Part shown: positions 34,115-48,790 of the stretch, in pieces
How positions within the stretch are numbered: position 1 is the stretch's first letter
How the letters are laid out: every line of letters starts with the position of its first letter
Notes under the pieces: generated by a model
The model's input: only the letters and a program-made list of their open reading frames with translations
Databases searched by the model: none
Told to the model about the DNA's origin: nothing
Position numbers and translations under genes: made by a program
From: Tubulanus polymorphus
Lineage: Eukaryota; Animalia; Nemertea
DNA length: 64,000 bases
Direction of reading: 5' to 3'
Assembly: GCF_964204645.1 (NCBI RefSeq)
Contig: NC_134028.1
Coordinates: 13,459,553-13,523,552 of the forward strand

Positions 34115-37100
34115 AAACCACGGGCGACAAAACCAAAATTATGAATTGTCGCGGGTGACAAAACCAAAATATTGAATTGTCACGGGCGACAAAACAAAAA
34201 TAATGAATTGTCGCGGGCGATAAAACCAAAATAATGAATTGTCGCGGGCGATAAAACCACAATAATGAATTGTCGCGGGCGTTAAAACCACAATATTGAA
34301 TTGTTGCGGGCGATAAAACCAAAATAATGAATTGTCGCGGACGACAAAAACAAACTATTGAATTGTTGCGTGCGACAAAACCAAAATAATGAATTGTCGC
34401 GGGCGACAAAACAAAACTAGGGGTCCAGGGACACCATGCTCACTTGGGCAGTGGTTTCAAATGCTCAACAATCTAACAATTTCAATACATAACGCCCTCT
34501 AGTGACCATATACAAAAAACCAATGACCTTGAATCATAGAACATGTGACCTCAATCATAGAACATGTGAGCAGCTATGATTTTGTAATTGATTGTGATAA
34601 CAAAATATGCCTCGTTACCAATTTAATATGGAAATACTAAATTATTCTACTATTCAACGCCCCCAGGTGACCATATGCAAAACCCAATGACCTTAAAACT
34701 CACCACAATCGTAGTACATGTCATGAAATACAACTTTGCAATTGATCATAGTAACAAAATATGCCTAGGTACCAATCTAATAAGGAAATACTAAGCCATT
34801 CTACTATTCAGCGCCCCCTGGTGACTATATGGAATAACTAATGTCCTTAAAAACTCACCACAATCATAGACGATGTCATGAACTACAACTTTGCAATGGA
34901 TCATGGTAATAAACTATGCCTAGTTACCAATCTAATAAGGAAAAACTAAGCTTTTCTACTATTAATCGCCCCCTGGTGACTATATGGAATAACTAATGTC
35001 CTTAAAAACTCACCACAATCATAGACGATGTCATGAACTACAACTTTGCCATTGATCATGGTAACAAAATATGCCTTGGTACAAATATAATATAGCGATA
35101 CTAAGTTATTGTATTATTCAACGCCCCCTGATGGCCACATACAAAAACCAATGACCTTGAAACTCACCAAAATCATAGAACACGTTATGGGCTACAACTT
35201 TCCAATTGAATATAGTAACACAATTTGCTTAGGTATCAATAATTTGTGGAAAAACTTTTTCCCACCTACGAATGAGTACTGATGACACCAAGATGGCCGC
35301 CAATTGCGTCATAATTGGCTGATCAAAAATACCTGTCCCAGGTATAAAACATCCCTCTCTAAAGAATATCCATCAGCAATTGCAATGAGAAATGGCAAAC
35401 CAGTAGGAAGCTACAGGACCTAGAATTCTGGCCAAAATTGACATTTTAGGGCACTAAAAAGGTCATAGGACGGCCATCTTGAGTCAGATCGACCCAATTT
35501 TCTTATGCTGATGGGCCTTTGATAGATTCATATATAAACGAAAGATCAAGGTAATTGATCAAAGCGTCTTAAAGCGTCTTTCTTCGGGCGACAAAACCAA
35601 AATAATGAATTGTCGCGGGTGCCCAAAAACAAAATATAAAACCAAAATAATGAATTGTCGCGGGCGTCGAAACCAAAAGAAGAATTGTCGCGGGCGACAA
35701 AACCAAAATAATGAATTGTCGCTGGAGATAAAACCAAAGTAATGAATTGTCGTGGGCGATAAAACCAAAATATTGAATTGTCGCGGGCGACAAAACCTAA
35801 CTAATGAATTGTCGCGGGCGACAATGCCAAAAAAAGACTTGTGGGGGCAACAAAACCAAAATAATGAGTTGTCGCGGGCGACAAAACCAAAATGGTGAAT
35901 TATCCAGGCGACAAAACCAAAATAATGAATTGTCGCGTGCGACAAAACCAAAAAGAAGAATTGTAGCGGGCGACAAAACCAAAATAATGAATTGTCGCTG
36001 GAGATAAAACCAAAGTAATGAATTGTCGCAGGCGACAAAACCAAAATATTGAATTGTCACGGGCTACAAAACCAAAATATGGAATTGTCGCGGGCGACAA
36101 AACCAAACTAATGAATTGTAGTGGGCGACAAAACCAAAAAAAGAATTGTCGGGGCGACAAAACCAAAATAATGAATTGTCGCGGGCGATAAAACCAAAAA
36201 AATGAATTGTCGCGGATGACGAAACCAAAATGGTGAATTGTCGCGGGCGACAAAACCAAAATGGTGAATTGTCGCGGGCGACAAAACCAAAATAATGAAT
36301 TGTCGCGGGCGACAAAACCAAAAAGAAGAATTGTCGCGGGCGACAAAACCAAAGTAGTGAATTGTCGCGGGCGATAAAACCAAAAAATTGAATTTTCGTG
36401 GGCGACAAAACCAAAATAATGAATTGTCGCGGGCGACAATACCAAAATAATGAATTGTCGCGGGCGACAAAACCAAAAAAAGAATTGTGGGGGCGACAAA
36501 ACCAAAATAATGAATTGTCGCGGGCGACAAAACCAAAATGGTGAATTGTCCAGGCGACAAAAACAAAATGGTGAATTGTGAAACCAAAATAATGAATTGT
36601 CGCGGGCGATAATACCAAAATATTGAATTGTCGCGGGCGATTAAACCAAAATAATGAATTGTCGTGGGCGACAAAACCAAAATATTGAATTGTCGCAGGC
36701 GACAAAACCAAAAAAAAAATTGTCGCAGGCGACTAAAACAAAATATAAAACCAAAAAAATTAATTGTCGCGGGCGAAAAAACCAAAACGAAGAATTGTCG
36801 CGGGCGACAAAACCAAAATAATGAATTGTCGCTGGCGATAAAACCAAAATATTGAATTGTCGCAGGCGACAAAACGAAAATATTGAATTGTCGCGGGCGA
36901 CAAAACCAAACTAATAAATTGTCGCGGGCGACAAAACCAAAAAAAGAATTGTCGCGGGCGACAAAACCAAAATAATGAATTGTCGCTGGAGATAAAACCA
37001 AAATATAGAATTGTCGCAGGCGACAAAACGAAAATATTGAATTGTCGCGGGCGACAAAACCAAACTAATAAATTGTCGCGGGCGACAAAACCAAAAAAAG

Positions 37101-40100
37101 AATTGTCGGGGCGACAAAACCAAAATAATGAATTGTCGCGGGCGATAAAACCAAAATAATGAATTGTCGCGGGCGATAAAACCAAAATAATGAATTGTCG
37201 CGGGTGACAAAACCAAAATATTGAATTGTCGCTGGCGATAAAAGCAAAGTAGTGAATTGTCGTGGGGGATAAAACAAAAATATTGAATTTTCGCGGGCGA
37301 CAAAACCAAAATATTGAATTGTCGCAGGCGACAAAACCAAAATAATGAATTGTCGCAAGCGACAAAACCAAACTTATGAATTGTCGCAAGCGACAAAACC
37401 AAAAAAAGAATTGTGGGGGCGACAAAACCAAAATAATGAATTGTCGCTGGCGATAAAAGCAAAGTAGTGAATTGTCGTGGGGGATAAAACAAAAATATTG
37501 AATTTTCGCGGGCGACAAAACCAAAATATTGAATTGTCGCAGGCGACAAAACCAAAATAATGAATTGTCGCAAGCGACAAAACCAAACTTATGAATTGTC
37601 GCAAGCGACAAAACCAAAAAAAGAATTGTGGGGGCGACAAAACCAAAATAATGAATTGTCGCGGGCGACAAAACCAAAATGGTGAATTGTCCAGGCAACA
37701 AAACCAAAATGGTGAATTGTCGCGGGCGACAAAACCAAAATAATGAATTGTCGCGGGTGATAAAACCAAAAAGATGAATTGTCTCGGGCAACAAAACCAA
37801 AATTATGAATTGTCGCGGGCGATAAAACCAAAATAATGAATTATCGCCGGCGCTAAAACCAAAATATTGAATTGTCGCGGGCGATTAAACCAAAATAATG
37901 AATTGTCGCGGGCGACAAAACCAAAATATTGAATAGTCGCGGGCGACAAAACCAAAAAAAATATTGTCGCGGGCGACTAAAACCAAATATAAAATCAAAA
38001 TAATGAATTGTCGCGGGCTACAAAACCAAAAAGAAGAATTGTGGCGGGCGACAAAACCAAAATAATGAATTGTCGCTGGAGATAAAACCAAAGTAATGAA
38101 TTGTCGTGGGCGATTAAACCAAAATATTGAATTGTCGCGGGCGCAAAACCAAAATAATGAATTGTCGCGGGCGACAATACCAAAATAATGAATTGTCGCG
38201 GGCGACAAAACCAAAAAAAGAATTGTGGGGGCGACAAAACCAAAATAATGAATTGTCGCGGGCGACAAAACCAAAATGGTGAATTGTCCAGGCGACAAAT
38301 ACAAAATGGTGAATTGTCGCGGGCGACAAAACCAAAATAATGAATTGTCGCGGGCGATAATACCAAAATATTGAATTGTCGCGGGCGATTAAACCAAAAT
38401 ATTGAATTGTCGCAGGCGACAAAACCAAAAAGAAGAATTGTGGCGGGCGACAAAACCAAAATAATGAATTGTCGCTGGAGATAAAACCAAAGTAATGAAT
38501 TGTCGTGGGCGATTAAACCAAAATATTGAATTGTCGCGGGCGACAAAACCAAAAAGAAGAATTGTCTCGGGCAACAAAACCAAAATTATGAATTGTCGCG
38601 GGCGATAAAACCAAAATAATGAATTATCGCCGGCGCTAAAACCAAAATATTGAATTGTCGCGGGCGATTAAACCAAAATAATGAATTGTTGCGGGCGACA
38701 AAACCAAAATATTGAATAGTCGCGGGCGACAAAACCAAAAAAAATATTGTCGCGGGCGACTAAAACAAAATATAAAACCAAAATAATGAATTGTCGCGGG
38801 CTACAAAACCACAAAGAAGAATTGTGGCGGGCGACAAAACCAAAATAATGAATTGTCGCTGGAGATAAAACCAAAGTAATGAATTGTCGTGGGCGATTAA
38901 ACCAAAATATTGAATTGTCGCGGGCGACAAAACCAAAATAATGAATTGTCGCGGGCGACAATACCAAAATAATGAATTGTCGCGGGCGACAAAACCAAAA
39001 AAAGAATTGTGGGGGCGACAAAACCAAAATAATGAATTGTCGCGGGCGACAAAACCAAAATGGTGAATTGTCCAGGCGACAAATACAAAATGGTGAATTG
39101 TCGCGGGCGACAAAACCAAAATAATGAATTGTCGCGAACGATAATACCAAAATATTGAATTGTCGCGGGCGATTAAACCAAAATAATGAATTGTCGCGGG
39201 CGACAAAACCAAAATATTGAATTGTCGCAGGTGACAAAACCAAAAAAAAAATTGTCGCAGGCGACTAAAACAAAATATAAAACCAAAAAATTAATTGTCG
39301 CGGGCGAAAAAACCAAAACGAAGAATTGTCGCGGGCAACAAAACCAAAATAATAAATTGTCGCTGGAGATAAAACCAAAATATTGAATTGTCGCAGGCGA
39401 CAAAACCAAAAAGAAGAATTGTGGCGGGCGACAAAACCAAAATAATGAATTGTCGCTGGAGATAAAACCAAAGTAATGAATTGTCGTGGGCGATTAAACC
39501 AAAATATTGAATTGTCGCGGGCGACAAAACCAAAAAGAAGAATTGTCGCGGGCGACAAAACCAAAGTAGTGAATTGTCGCGGGCGATAAAACCAAAATAT
39601 TGAATTTTCGCGGGCGACAAAACCAAAATAATGAATTGTCGCGGGCGACAATACCAAAATAATGAATTGTCGCGGGCGACAAAACCAAAAAAAGAATTGT
39701 GGGGGCGACAAAACCAAAATAATGAATTGTCGCTGGAGATAAAACCAAAGTAATGAATTGTCGTGGGCGATTAAACCAAAATATTGAATTGTCGCGGGCG
39801 ACAAAACCAAAAAGAATTGTCGCGGGCGACAAAACCAAAGTAGTGAATTGTCGCGGGCGATAAAACCAAAATATTGAATTTTCGCGGGCGACAAAACCAA
39901 AATAATGAATTGTCGCGGGCGACAATACCAAAATAATGAATTGTCGCGGGCGACAAAACCAAAAAAAGAATTGTGGGGGCGACAAAACCAAAATAATGAA
40001 TTGTCGCGGGCGACAAAACCAAAATGGTGAATTGTCCAGGCGACAAAAACAAAATGGTGAATTGTCGCGGGCGACAAAACCATAATAATGAATTGTCGCG

Positions 40101-40805
40101 GGCGATAATACCAAAATATTGAATTGTCGCGGGCGATAATACCAAAATATTGAATTGTCGCGGGCGATTAAACCAAAATATTGAATTGTCGCAGGCGACA
40201 AAACCAAAAAAAAAATTGTCGCAGGCGACTAAAACAAAATATAAAACCAAAAAAATTAATTGTCGCGGGCGAAAAAACCAAAACGAAGAATTGTCGCGGG
40301 CGACAAAACCAAAATAATGAATTGTCGCTGGAGATAAAACCAAAATATTGAATTGTCGCAGGCGACAAAACGAAAATATTGAATTGTCGCGGGCGATAAA
40401 ACCAAACTAATAAATTGTCGCCGGCGACAAAACCAAAAAAAGAATTGTCGCGGGCGACAAAACCAAAATAATGAATTGTCGCTGGAGATAAAACCAAAAT
40501 ATTGAATTGTCGCAGGCGACAAAACGAAAATATTGAATTGTCGCGGGCGACAAAACCAAACTAATAAATTGTCGCGGGCGACAAAACCAAAAAAAGAATT
40601 GTCGGGGCGACAAAACCAAAATAATGAATTGTCGCGGGCGATAAAACCAAAATAATGAATTGTCGCGGGCGATAAAACCAAAATAATGAATTGTCGCGGG
40701 TGACAAAACCAAAATGGTGAATTGTCGCGGGCGACAAAACCAAAATAATGAATTGTCGCTGGCGATAAAACCAAAATAATGAATTGTCGCGGGCGACAAA
40801 ATCAA
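34115..40805. repeat. 31-bp satellite (GAATTGTCGCGGGCGACAAAACCAAAATAAT)n, interrupted at 34416-35580
   Basis: Well over 150 head-to-tail units; internal palindrome TTGTCGC-GG-GCGACAA; recurring blocks of variant units. Confidence 0.95.
34416..35560 (+). mobile_element. HINE-like element with about 155-bp internal tandem subrepeats, inserted in the satellite
   Basis: Units anchored on CGCCCCCTGGTGAC at about 34490, 34660, 34812, 34968 and 35122; related to 32700-33511. Confidence 0.55.
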
Positions 40806-41839
40806 AATCATCGTTTTCTCGCGTTATTTTAGTTTTATCGTTTCGTCGTAATGTCGCCCTCATTTGCATATTCGTGTTTTTTTATCTTATCAGCCACCAT
40901 ACTAAAGCCTTAAGGTCGCGTAAAACTCGATAAACACTTCAAGCGACACAGCGAACGATCTCCTTTTCCCTGCAGCGAACGCTTACTCCGAATGTCAAGT
41001 GTGAGTCCAGCATACGGATAGGAGTGTGTTATATACTTGTATTTAGTAAATACCTTGTGCATTTGACAATGATCGGTATGTACTGTAGGAAATATAGAGT
41101 ATTGATAAATGGTTGAAGCCCGCGGCCGAATAAAGTAATATATTCTTTTATTTTGATACCTCGTCGACATGACAGCTTTTCTCCGCCATATCTCTTCGGC
41201 CTGTTTAGTTTAGGCCTACGATTCCCCGGTACACTAAAGATTTATCTTAGTAAATACACGGTTAATTCGGTAAAGAAAAATAGGTATTGTTAAACTAACT
41301 CCTTGAAACCCGCAGCCAAATCACTGGTAGTAATAAATTAATTTGTACTCGATTTGATTCTCATGATGAGGAGAAACTCGCAGCTGATCCCCGGAACGAC
41401 GATGTAGTAACACACGTCGATTCGTCGATGTTTACGGCTCGACAGTGCTTTTAAAATCTAAAGTAGTAAATTTCCAGTGTATCGGTAATATGATTTGATG
41501 AGGAAAATGGGCTATTGTTAAAATCACTGCTTGAAGACCGCGACTGAATGTGAAGTCTGCGGCAATAAATTAGTTCATTTATACTTGAATTGATAATCGA
41601 AGTGACAGTTGGCCTGCGGGTTGATTTCGGGATGACGACTCGAAAAACATGTCGCCCCATTGAATGGGGCTAAATTTTCGATGTTTACAGCCCGACAGCG
41701 CTTTTGTAACGATGATTCGTGAAAAAACACGCGGGCTATTTGTAGATCTCAGTGAGCTGAACGATATTATATGGATTGTATATGAAACAGCGGTAAGGTA
41801 ACAAAGCCTATGTTCTTTTGTTAAAAAAAGTGTGGAAGA

Positions 41840-44314
41840 AAATAATAATAATAATAATCACGCGGATATCAATAGGGTTTTCTGTGAAATAACAGAAAAC
41901 CCTAATTATTTGGTAAATGATTATTAACGAGTTTATACATAAAGATAGCTATCTGTAATTTGTTCATATCAATTAAATTAAATATTTTACCTTTTTTAAG
42001 TAAAGGGGCAGTGTGAGCAAGATACGGAGCATTAAAAATAAGACGAACTGTCCGCTTAAGCAAAGTACTTAGATGATGTAGCCGTATAGAATAGTTGGCA
42101 CCCCATACAATATTAGCATATTGCATGTAAGGTAAAAGTAGAGAATTGAAAATGGTAGGGAGAATATAAGCTGGTAAGGATTTACGTACTTTATATAAGA
42201 TGCCAATAGCATGCGATACTTTGTTGGACGTCATTTTAATATGGGGAGCCCAAGTAAGATTGTCATCCTCTATAACACCAAGAAACTTGGATTCTTGACA
42301 CCTTACAATGGTGACATTATCAATTTTGATACGAAAATCATGAGGAACACGGATATTGCCGAAAATTACATAATTAGTTTTACTTATATTAAGAGATAAC
42401 TTGTTAGCTCTAAACCACATGACTAGGTTTTTCAATTCGGAATTAATGATGGCATTTAATCTAAGTGGCTCCTTATCACCAAAAAAGATAGTTGTGTCGT
42501 CTGCAAATAGAATAAAGTTGAGTAGATGAGATGTACGGATAATGTCATTAATGTAAAGTATGAACAGTAGCGGACCAAGAATAGAACCTTGAGGCACACC
42601 GCAATTTATTGGAAGTGTTATTGAAGAACACCTTTCACAAGAGACAAACTGATATCGATTAGATAGATAATTACTAAACCAGGCCAACGCAATCCCGCGT
42701 ATACCGTATCGTAGCAGCTTATCTAAAAGTATGGAGTGGTCAATAGTGTCAAAGGCCTTTGACAAATCTATGAAAATACTCACTGTTAGATGACCGTCTT
42801 CTGTAAGTTTCGAAATGCGATCAGCGAAATCGAGTAATGCCATTTCTGTGGAACGGTTCTTACGAAAGCCATATTCGTTTGGACAAAGAATTCTATTTTT
42901 ATCAATATGCGAGATAAGACGGCAATGGGTTAGGCGTTCAAGAATTTCAGAGAAACATGGCAGAACAGAAATTGGTCGGTAATTAGTAATATTATCAGTA
43001 GCTCCGGACTTAAATAAAGGCGTAACCCTGGCTATCTTAAGCGCATCTGGAACTATACCTGTAATATAAGACCTAATAAATATATGCAGTAGTGGAGACA
43101 GGATTTCATTAATTGAGCATTTAATAATTGTAGGTTTTATATCATCAGGGCCAGCTCCTTTGTTAGCATCTACAGAGTTTACAATAGCAAAAATGTCTTC
43201 TTGAATAATCGGCCTGAAAAATAAACTATCGGGACTATCGGTTGGTAGATACTGAGTTGGTAAGACATCAGCCCTGGGAATGTTTGATGCAAGCCTTCTC
43301 TCAATATCAATAAAAAAGAAATTAAATTTATCAGCAATTTCTTGTGAGCTTAATTTTCGCCCATTGTCAGTCTTGAACTCAGGAAGTATGAGGTTTTGCT
43401 TAGCAGTACCAATGACACTTCTTAGGACATCCCATGTTTTTTTCAAATTATGTTTCACATTAAATAAGGATTCCGCATAATAACGCTTTTCAGCAACTCT
43501 AAGCAATCTGTGTAACTTATTACGGTATACCCTATATTGTTCGAAATGACAGGGTCGCTTTGTTCTTTTATATTTTCGGTAGTATTTACTCTTAGTTCTG
43601 ATAGACCGAAGAAGACGTGTTAGCCAATGTTAGCCATGGCTTGCGGGTATTTCGTTTGATAGTTTTAGCACAAACCGGAAATACTTGGTCATATAATAAT
43701 TTATATTTATTTAAAAATAGGTTGTACGATTTATCCGGATTGGCCTCATTATAAACTTCCGTCCAGTCTACACGACTTAGCAGATTATTAAAATTATCTA
43801 TTGAGTGCTCATTAAATGACCTATAACGTATACTATGCGCAGTATTGACTTTAAAATATTGGTTATGGATCGTAAAGGTAGAAAAGTGGTCCGAGATATC
43901 TGTCCTTAGAATTCCGAGGTTAGACAGCCGTTCAGCGTTAATATTCGTGTACATATGATCAATACAGGTAGCAGAGTGTTCCGTGATCCGTGTCGGTTTA
44001 GTTATTAAGGGCTGAAGCGATAAAGATACCATGTTATGCAAAAAGTCTTCAGTATGATGGTCCGTGTTGTGTTTAAGTAAATCAATATTAAAATCACCCA
44101 TAATAAATGCATTGTCTCTCGGCAATTTTTCTAAAGAGACACTTAACCCAGTAACGAAATCTTCAATAGAATGACCGCTTTGCCTGTAGGGAACACCTAC
44201 AAAAATGCGTTCGTTTTTAGATAGGAAAAGCTCGCATATAAGTAATTCAAATGTGTCACTCTCAATTGACAGGTCGTCGCGGAATTTAAAATTAATCCGA
44301 TCATCCACATAAAG
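41840..44314 (-). mobile_element. Non-LTR retrotransposon (CR1/L2 group), APE-RT ORF2, 5' truncated
   Basis: MGDFNIDL, TRITEHSATCIDH, ISDH (APE); NYRPIS, DLSKAFDT, GVPQGSILGPLLF, FADDT (RT). Confidence 0.92.
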
Positions 44315-46980
44315 CGGTTCCTGAACTTCGCTGAAAAAGCTGAAACACTGAAAAGCTGAACCGCTGAAATAAAAACGTTGAAATTTCAGGGAATTTCCTA
44401 AAAAAGCCGAAATTTCAGGGAATTCCCGAAAAACGCTGAAATCGTGCTAGGTACCGACAATACACGTTTTGAAATGTTTTCCGGGCCGGTGTCCGCTGAC
44501 GAGTCCTGAACGAGTTTTATGCTCTAGCTTCGGTTACAGAGACATGCCTTAAGGTCGTCGTCATGATCGACTTGATCGATTGCGGATTGCGTGGATTGTT
44601 AGATGTGTTTTTTGCCATAGTTTTATGTGCATATACCGGTACGATCTAACAATGAAGTTATCACTTCATTTGAATAAATTCTTAATTACAGTAATATTAA
44701 TTCACAATATTTTTTCTTATGTTTGGTGATTTCTTGCAACTTATCATTGCCAAGTCTCATACAAGTAGTAGCTGAATGAAAGTACAGTTAGGCTGAACCT
44801 GATAACCCAAATTAAGTGCTAGCATGGAACTAAAGATTATTTGATTCTATTTTCGGTGTCATTGAAATTCGTTAATAAAGGTTCAACCGTCATAGTATAC
44901 TGTACTTAGCATTGCTACGATTGGGTGCCATATTTCTACAATTTCTACAAGGAGGAAGGAGTCTTTAAGTGTCTTTGTTCCCTGGTAGGGTACGGGGTAA
45001 AACCTGGTTTACTTTCTCTTTCGACTTGCCGGAGACTACTATCTGCAATGTATTGCATGCTTTGATTTGTCTGGCCTATAGGAGTCGAACGATATTTTCC
45101 CATACACAGGCTTGGCTTTAGTGTAGATGAAGGCTAGGCACTGCACATTGTGGATTGACTGGAACTCTTAACTCACAAAATTAAACTAGTCAACAAGAAA
45201 GATCCAATAATTGGACGTTCGTCTAACTATATTATTTAACAGCTTGAAATAATACATAACACATTCTGCAAGAGTACACAAAGGAAATCAGTTCTTACAT
45301 TATATCAGAATCAATAGTTCGCTTAACTCTGGCTAGAATTCTGGTTCCATTGCTTCATATTCTAATGAAATCCACTAGCATACCTTAGAATATCGCTTAG
45401 CTTAAGACTAAAAATTTGGTACCAGGAAACAGGGAAGAAAAGTGGGTGTACTGTACATCCGGAATTTACTTATTTCTCTCTGGTTGAATCAAGTTATTAT
45501 TGAAATAGCATTCGAATAGCCATTTTATTTTTAAAAATTGTGTCGTTCAGCTATCCTGCTGCAAATTTCGCAGTTGAAGTTTACTGGTGCCAGTTGATTT
45601 CTCAGGATCTCAAAAAATTTGCACATTCTAAAGCCTAGCGCACATCGACACTGCGATTGGAGACAACTAGTTGCAAGGCAGTTTTCGGCGCATGAGAGGA
45701 ACTGGCTGGATACGATCAGTTGCTTGAATGTGTCGATGTGAGCGAGCTTACGATTGGTAAGCGTCGATCTATCTCCAGTTCCAGCCAGTTGCCCATGTTC
45801 TACTTTTGAGCAACTGGTTGTACACAATCGCAGTCATATCCGTCGATGTGCGCGCTCTGGATCTCGACGATCGACATGCGCCATGCAGTTGCTGCAACTG
45901 ACCGGTTGTAACTAGATTTCGATGTGCGCGGGGTAATCGTTCGGTACCAACTAGTTGTCTCCAATCGCAGTGTCGATGTGCGCTAGGCTTAAGCCTGAAT
46001 CTAAAAATAGAAAAAGGTGCATTTTAGTAGGATATAAAAGAATAGTGGCTTATACACCCTGGACTATATAGCCTATGGGTTGGGCCTATTTTGAAAGCAC
46101 TGAGGTCCGAGGGAACAGCACTTAGTAAATAAACACTGAAATTAAACTTACAAAACACCCAGTACTTGAGATGATGTACTTGACAAGAAGTGTCTCCAGC
46201 TAAGCAAATCAACTTTGTCTATGACTCCTCCTTTTATAGATTCAGTAGTAGTCTAAAAATAAGAATCGGTACATTTTTCTAACAGTTGGTATGTCATTTC
46301 TTCAGAAAAAAACTAATTATTATCACGCCACAGCAAATAAATTATTCACAGTTGTTGAATGGTTTGCCCGATTTAGATTAATTGGTTGACGCTAATCAGT
46401 ATGACCCATACGTAGGGGCCTACTGCATGCCATTGGCGTCAATTCCATTCCATTCAATTCCACAGTGAATTAAAAAGAAATTAAGTTAGATCCCCTTTGT
46501 CCAAAAGCTGCATCATTTATAAAACTAGCTGTCAAATTTAATTTACCTCCTTCAGAGAATACCATGACATAGTCCGTCGCCCATCAACGTGTTGACAAAA
46601 GAAAAGTTGCTCCATGTTTTATACACGAACGTTCAAATAAGATATTTTGCGTCTTGCAGGGAATATTGAGCATAGTGTTTAAGTTGGCTTGCACGGTTTG
46701 TGAATGGGTTTTCCTCATTATGCTGCCTGTATGCATTAAAAATCCGGATTTCAAGCGAATTAATTTGTCCAACAAGTGGCGCAATTTAGGTAATGTTGAA
46801 ATCATCCACAAAAACAAAATGGCGGCATATCGACCAAATATAAGTGATCTGTGCAGGATCCCATTTAACACAATTACTAAATTGCCGCACCAAATTAGAA
46901 AATGTTCCCGATTAAAGTGTATATGCATATAACAATTCCTTAAAAACAAGCTCAGTTTCCTTAACTTATTTTGTGCCTCC
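44315..46980 (-). mobile_element. Non-autonomous long-TIR DNA transposon (MULE-like), truncated copy
   Basis: Begins CGGTTCCTGAACTTCGCTGAAAA; the body is an inverted copy of 54760-57113. Confidence 0.75.
45632..45989. mobile_element. PIF/Harbinger-type MITE
   Basis: About 40-bp TIRs AGCCTAGCGCACATCGAC...; TAA TSD; absent from the sister copy at about 55555. Confidence 0.85.
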
Positions 46981-47091
46981 AAAATAGAAAGAATTAGAGA
47001 CTACATGATAAGATAAAAACATAACATAAATATAAAGGGTATGATGATAAATTTAATGAATGGATTTTATCTAGTAAAATAAAAAGAATAA

Positions 47092-47662
47092 ATGAATAAA
47101 GATTTATTTATATTTGAACCACATAATATGTTAGTTACTGGAGTAACCAACTGTGGTAAAACACATTTTATATTAGATTTATTAGAAACTGTTTATAAGA
47201 ATCATTTTGATAATATAATATTATTCTGTCCTACTTATGAAATGAATAAAACATATAATAGGGATTTAGTTAAGATAAAAAAGTTTATTATATTAGATCC
47301 TAAAACAGTAAAAGAAAATTTAGATAATTGTATTAAAATAGCAATCGATATTTATAAAGGATCTAATACATTATTCATTATAGATGATTGTGCTAATTTA
47401 CATGATTTAAAAGTTAGAGAAAGTGAGTTATGCTATTTAGCTTCCTCTGGGAGACATTTTGGAATAACAACTTGGGTTTTAAATCAAAAATATTATTCGA
47501 TTGTTTAAGATAAACTAATTAGAATTTTAGTTTTATTCTATGCAACAATCTCTGGAAGAAAATAAAATTTTACCTGCTTAATTACATGAGGAATATATGA
47601 ATAAATTAAAAAGTAATAAAGGTTCCAAATTATTACTGAGGCTTCAATTTACATATGAATAA
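47092..47662 (+). pseudogene. A32/FtsK-like packaging ATPase
   Basis: GVTNCGKT, FIIDD, SGRHFG; near-identical to copy B. Confidence 0.88.
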
Positions 47663-48034
47663 AAATTTATAAAATTAGATATTTTAAGTATTTATGTATT
47701 AGATATGTATTAGATACGTATTAGATACATAAATACTTAAAACCCATGTATTTAATACGCATTAAATACGTATTAGATACATAAATACTTAAAAACCCTT
47801 TTTTTAAATAAATTTTATCTACAAAATTTATTTTACATTTTCAACTAATATTTTTTTAAAAATTTTTCAACTAATATATGAATAAGTTTGAAAATAACCT
47901 CACTAAAAGGTATTTCAAATAATATGTATTAAATGCGTATTAAATACGTTGTAGATACATGAATACTTAAAACCCACTTTTTTAATCACTTTTATTTTAT
48001 ACAATTTTCAACCAACATATTATTTGAGATAATT

Positions 48035-48758
48035 TTAATTACTATCTGAATCACTTTCATTATCAGACGCTAAAGCTTCATTTAACCAATTTAAAGTATC
48101 ACTAATAGATTCTGATTTATTAATATTACTATTGGTAAATGTATCTTCTATTTTCGATTTCTTAGTACCTTCATTATCATTATCAATTTGCTTACCTGTA
48201 ACTATATTCTCCTTACCCCTCTTCTTAGTGTTTGGTCCTAATATTTTATTAGCATCAGTTAAATCTAATTCATCTTTACTAGGTTCCGTTAATAAAATAT
48301 CACGTAATAAATCTTTATATAAATCTTTACCATTTGTTTTTTTATTTGAAACAAACTTTGTTACATATCTAAATGGGTGTTCTATAAATTCTCTTATCCC
48401 AACACGTTTTATAACATTTTTAATATGTACAACTGTATTCATATGATTATTCCAATTTGTTGGAGCGTTTGAAAATTCACCTTTACAATAACCACAATAA
48501 TTTCTATTTTCACTATAATTTAATATTATTTCATTATTAGAAGTAGAAGGAATAACATTATTAGACGTAGAAGGTAAAACATTATTAGATGTAGAAGGTA
48601 AAACATTATTATCAATTTCATTACAGTTTAGTTTTATAATTTTTAAAAATAGGATCAAATATCAAAGATATATTACAAGGTATTACATAATATAGGCCAT
48701 CATTATTTTCATGTTTATCAATGTATGGAATATGTTTATATACTTTACCTTCATCCAT
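48035..48758 (-). pseudogene. Homologue of 17871-18779 with three NNVxPSTS repeats
   Basis: Shared zinc finger and EHPFRYVTKFVS; TAAATG start at 48758. Confidence 0.75.
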
Positions 48759-48790
48759 TTATTATAAAAATGTTTCATTAAAATTAAAAT

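Noticed and set aside
34115-40805. CRISPR array (palindromic ~30-bp repeats)
   Set aside because: Units are head-to-tail with no unique spacers, there are no cas genes, and the context is eukaryotic transposons; it is a satellite.
35546-40869. Dozens of overlapping ORFs (VLSPATIHYFGFVARDNS...)
   Set aside because: Artefacts of a stop-poor tandem repeat read in all frames.
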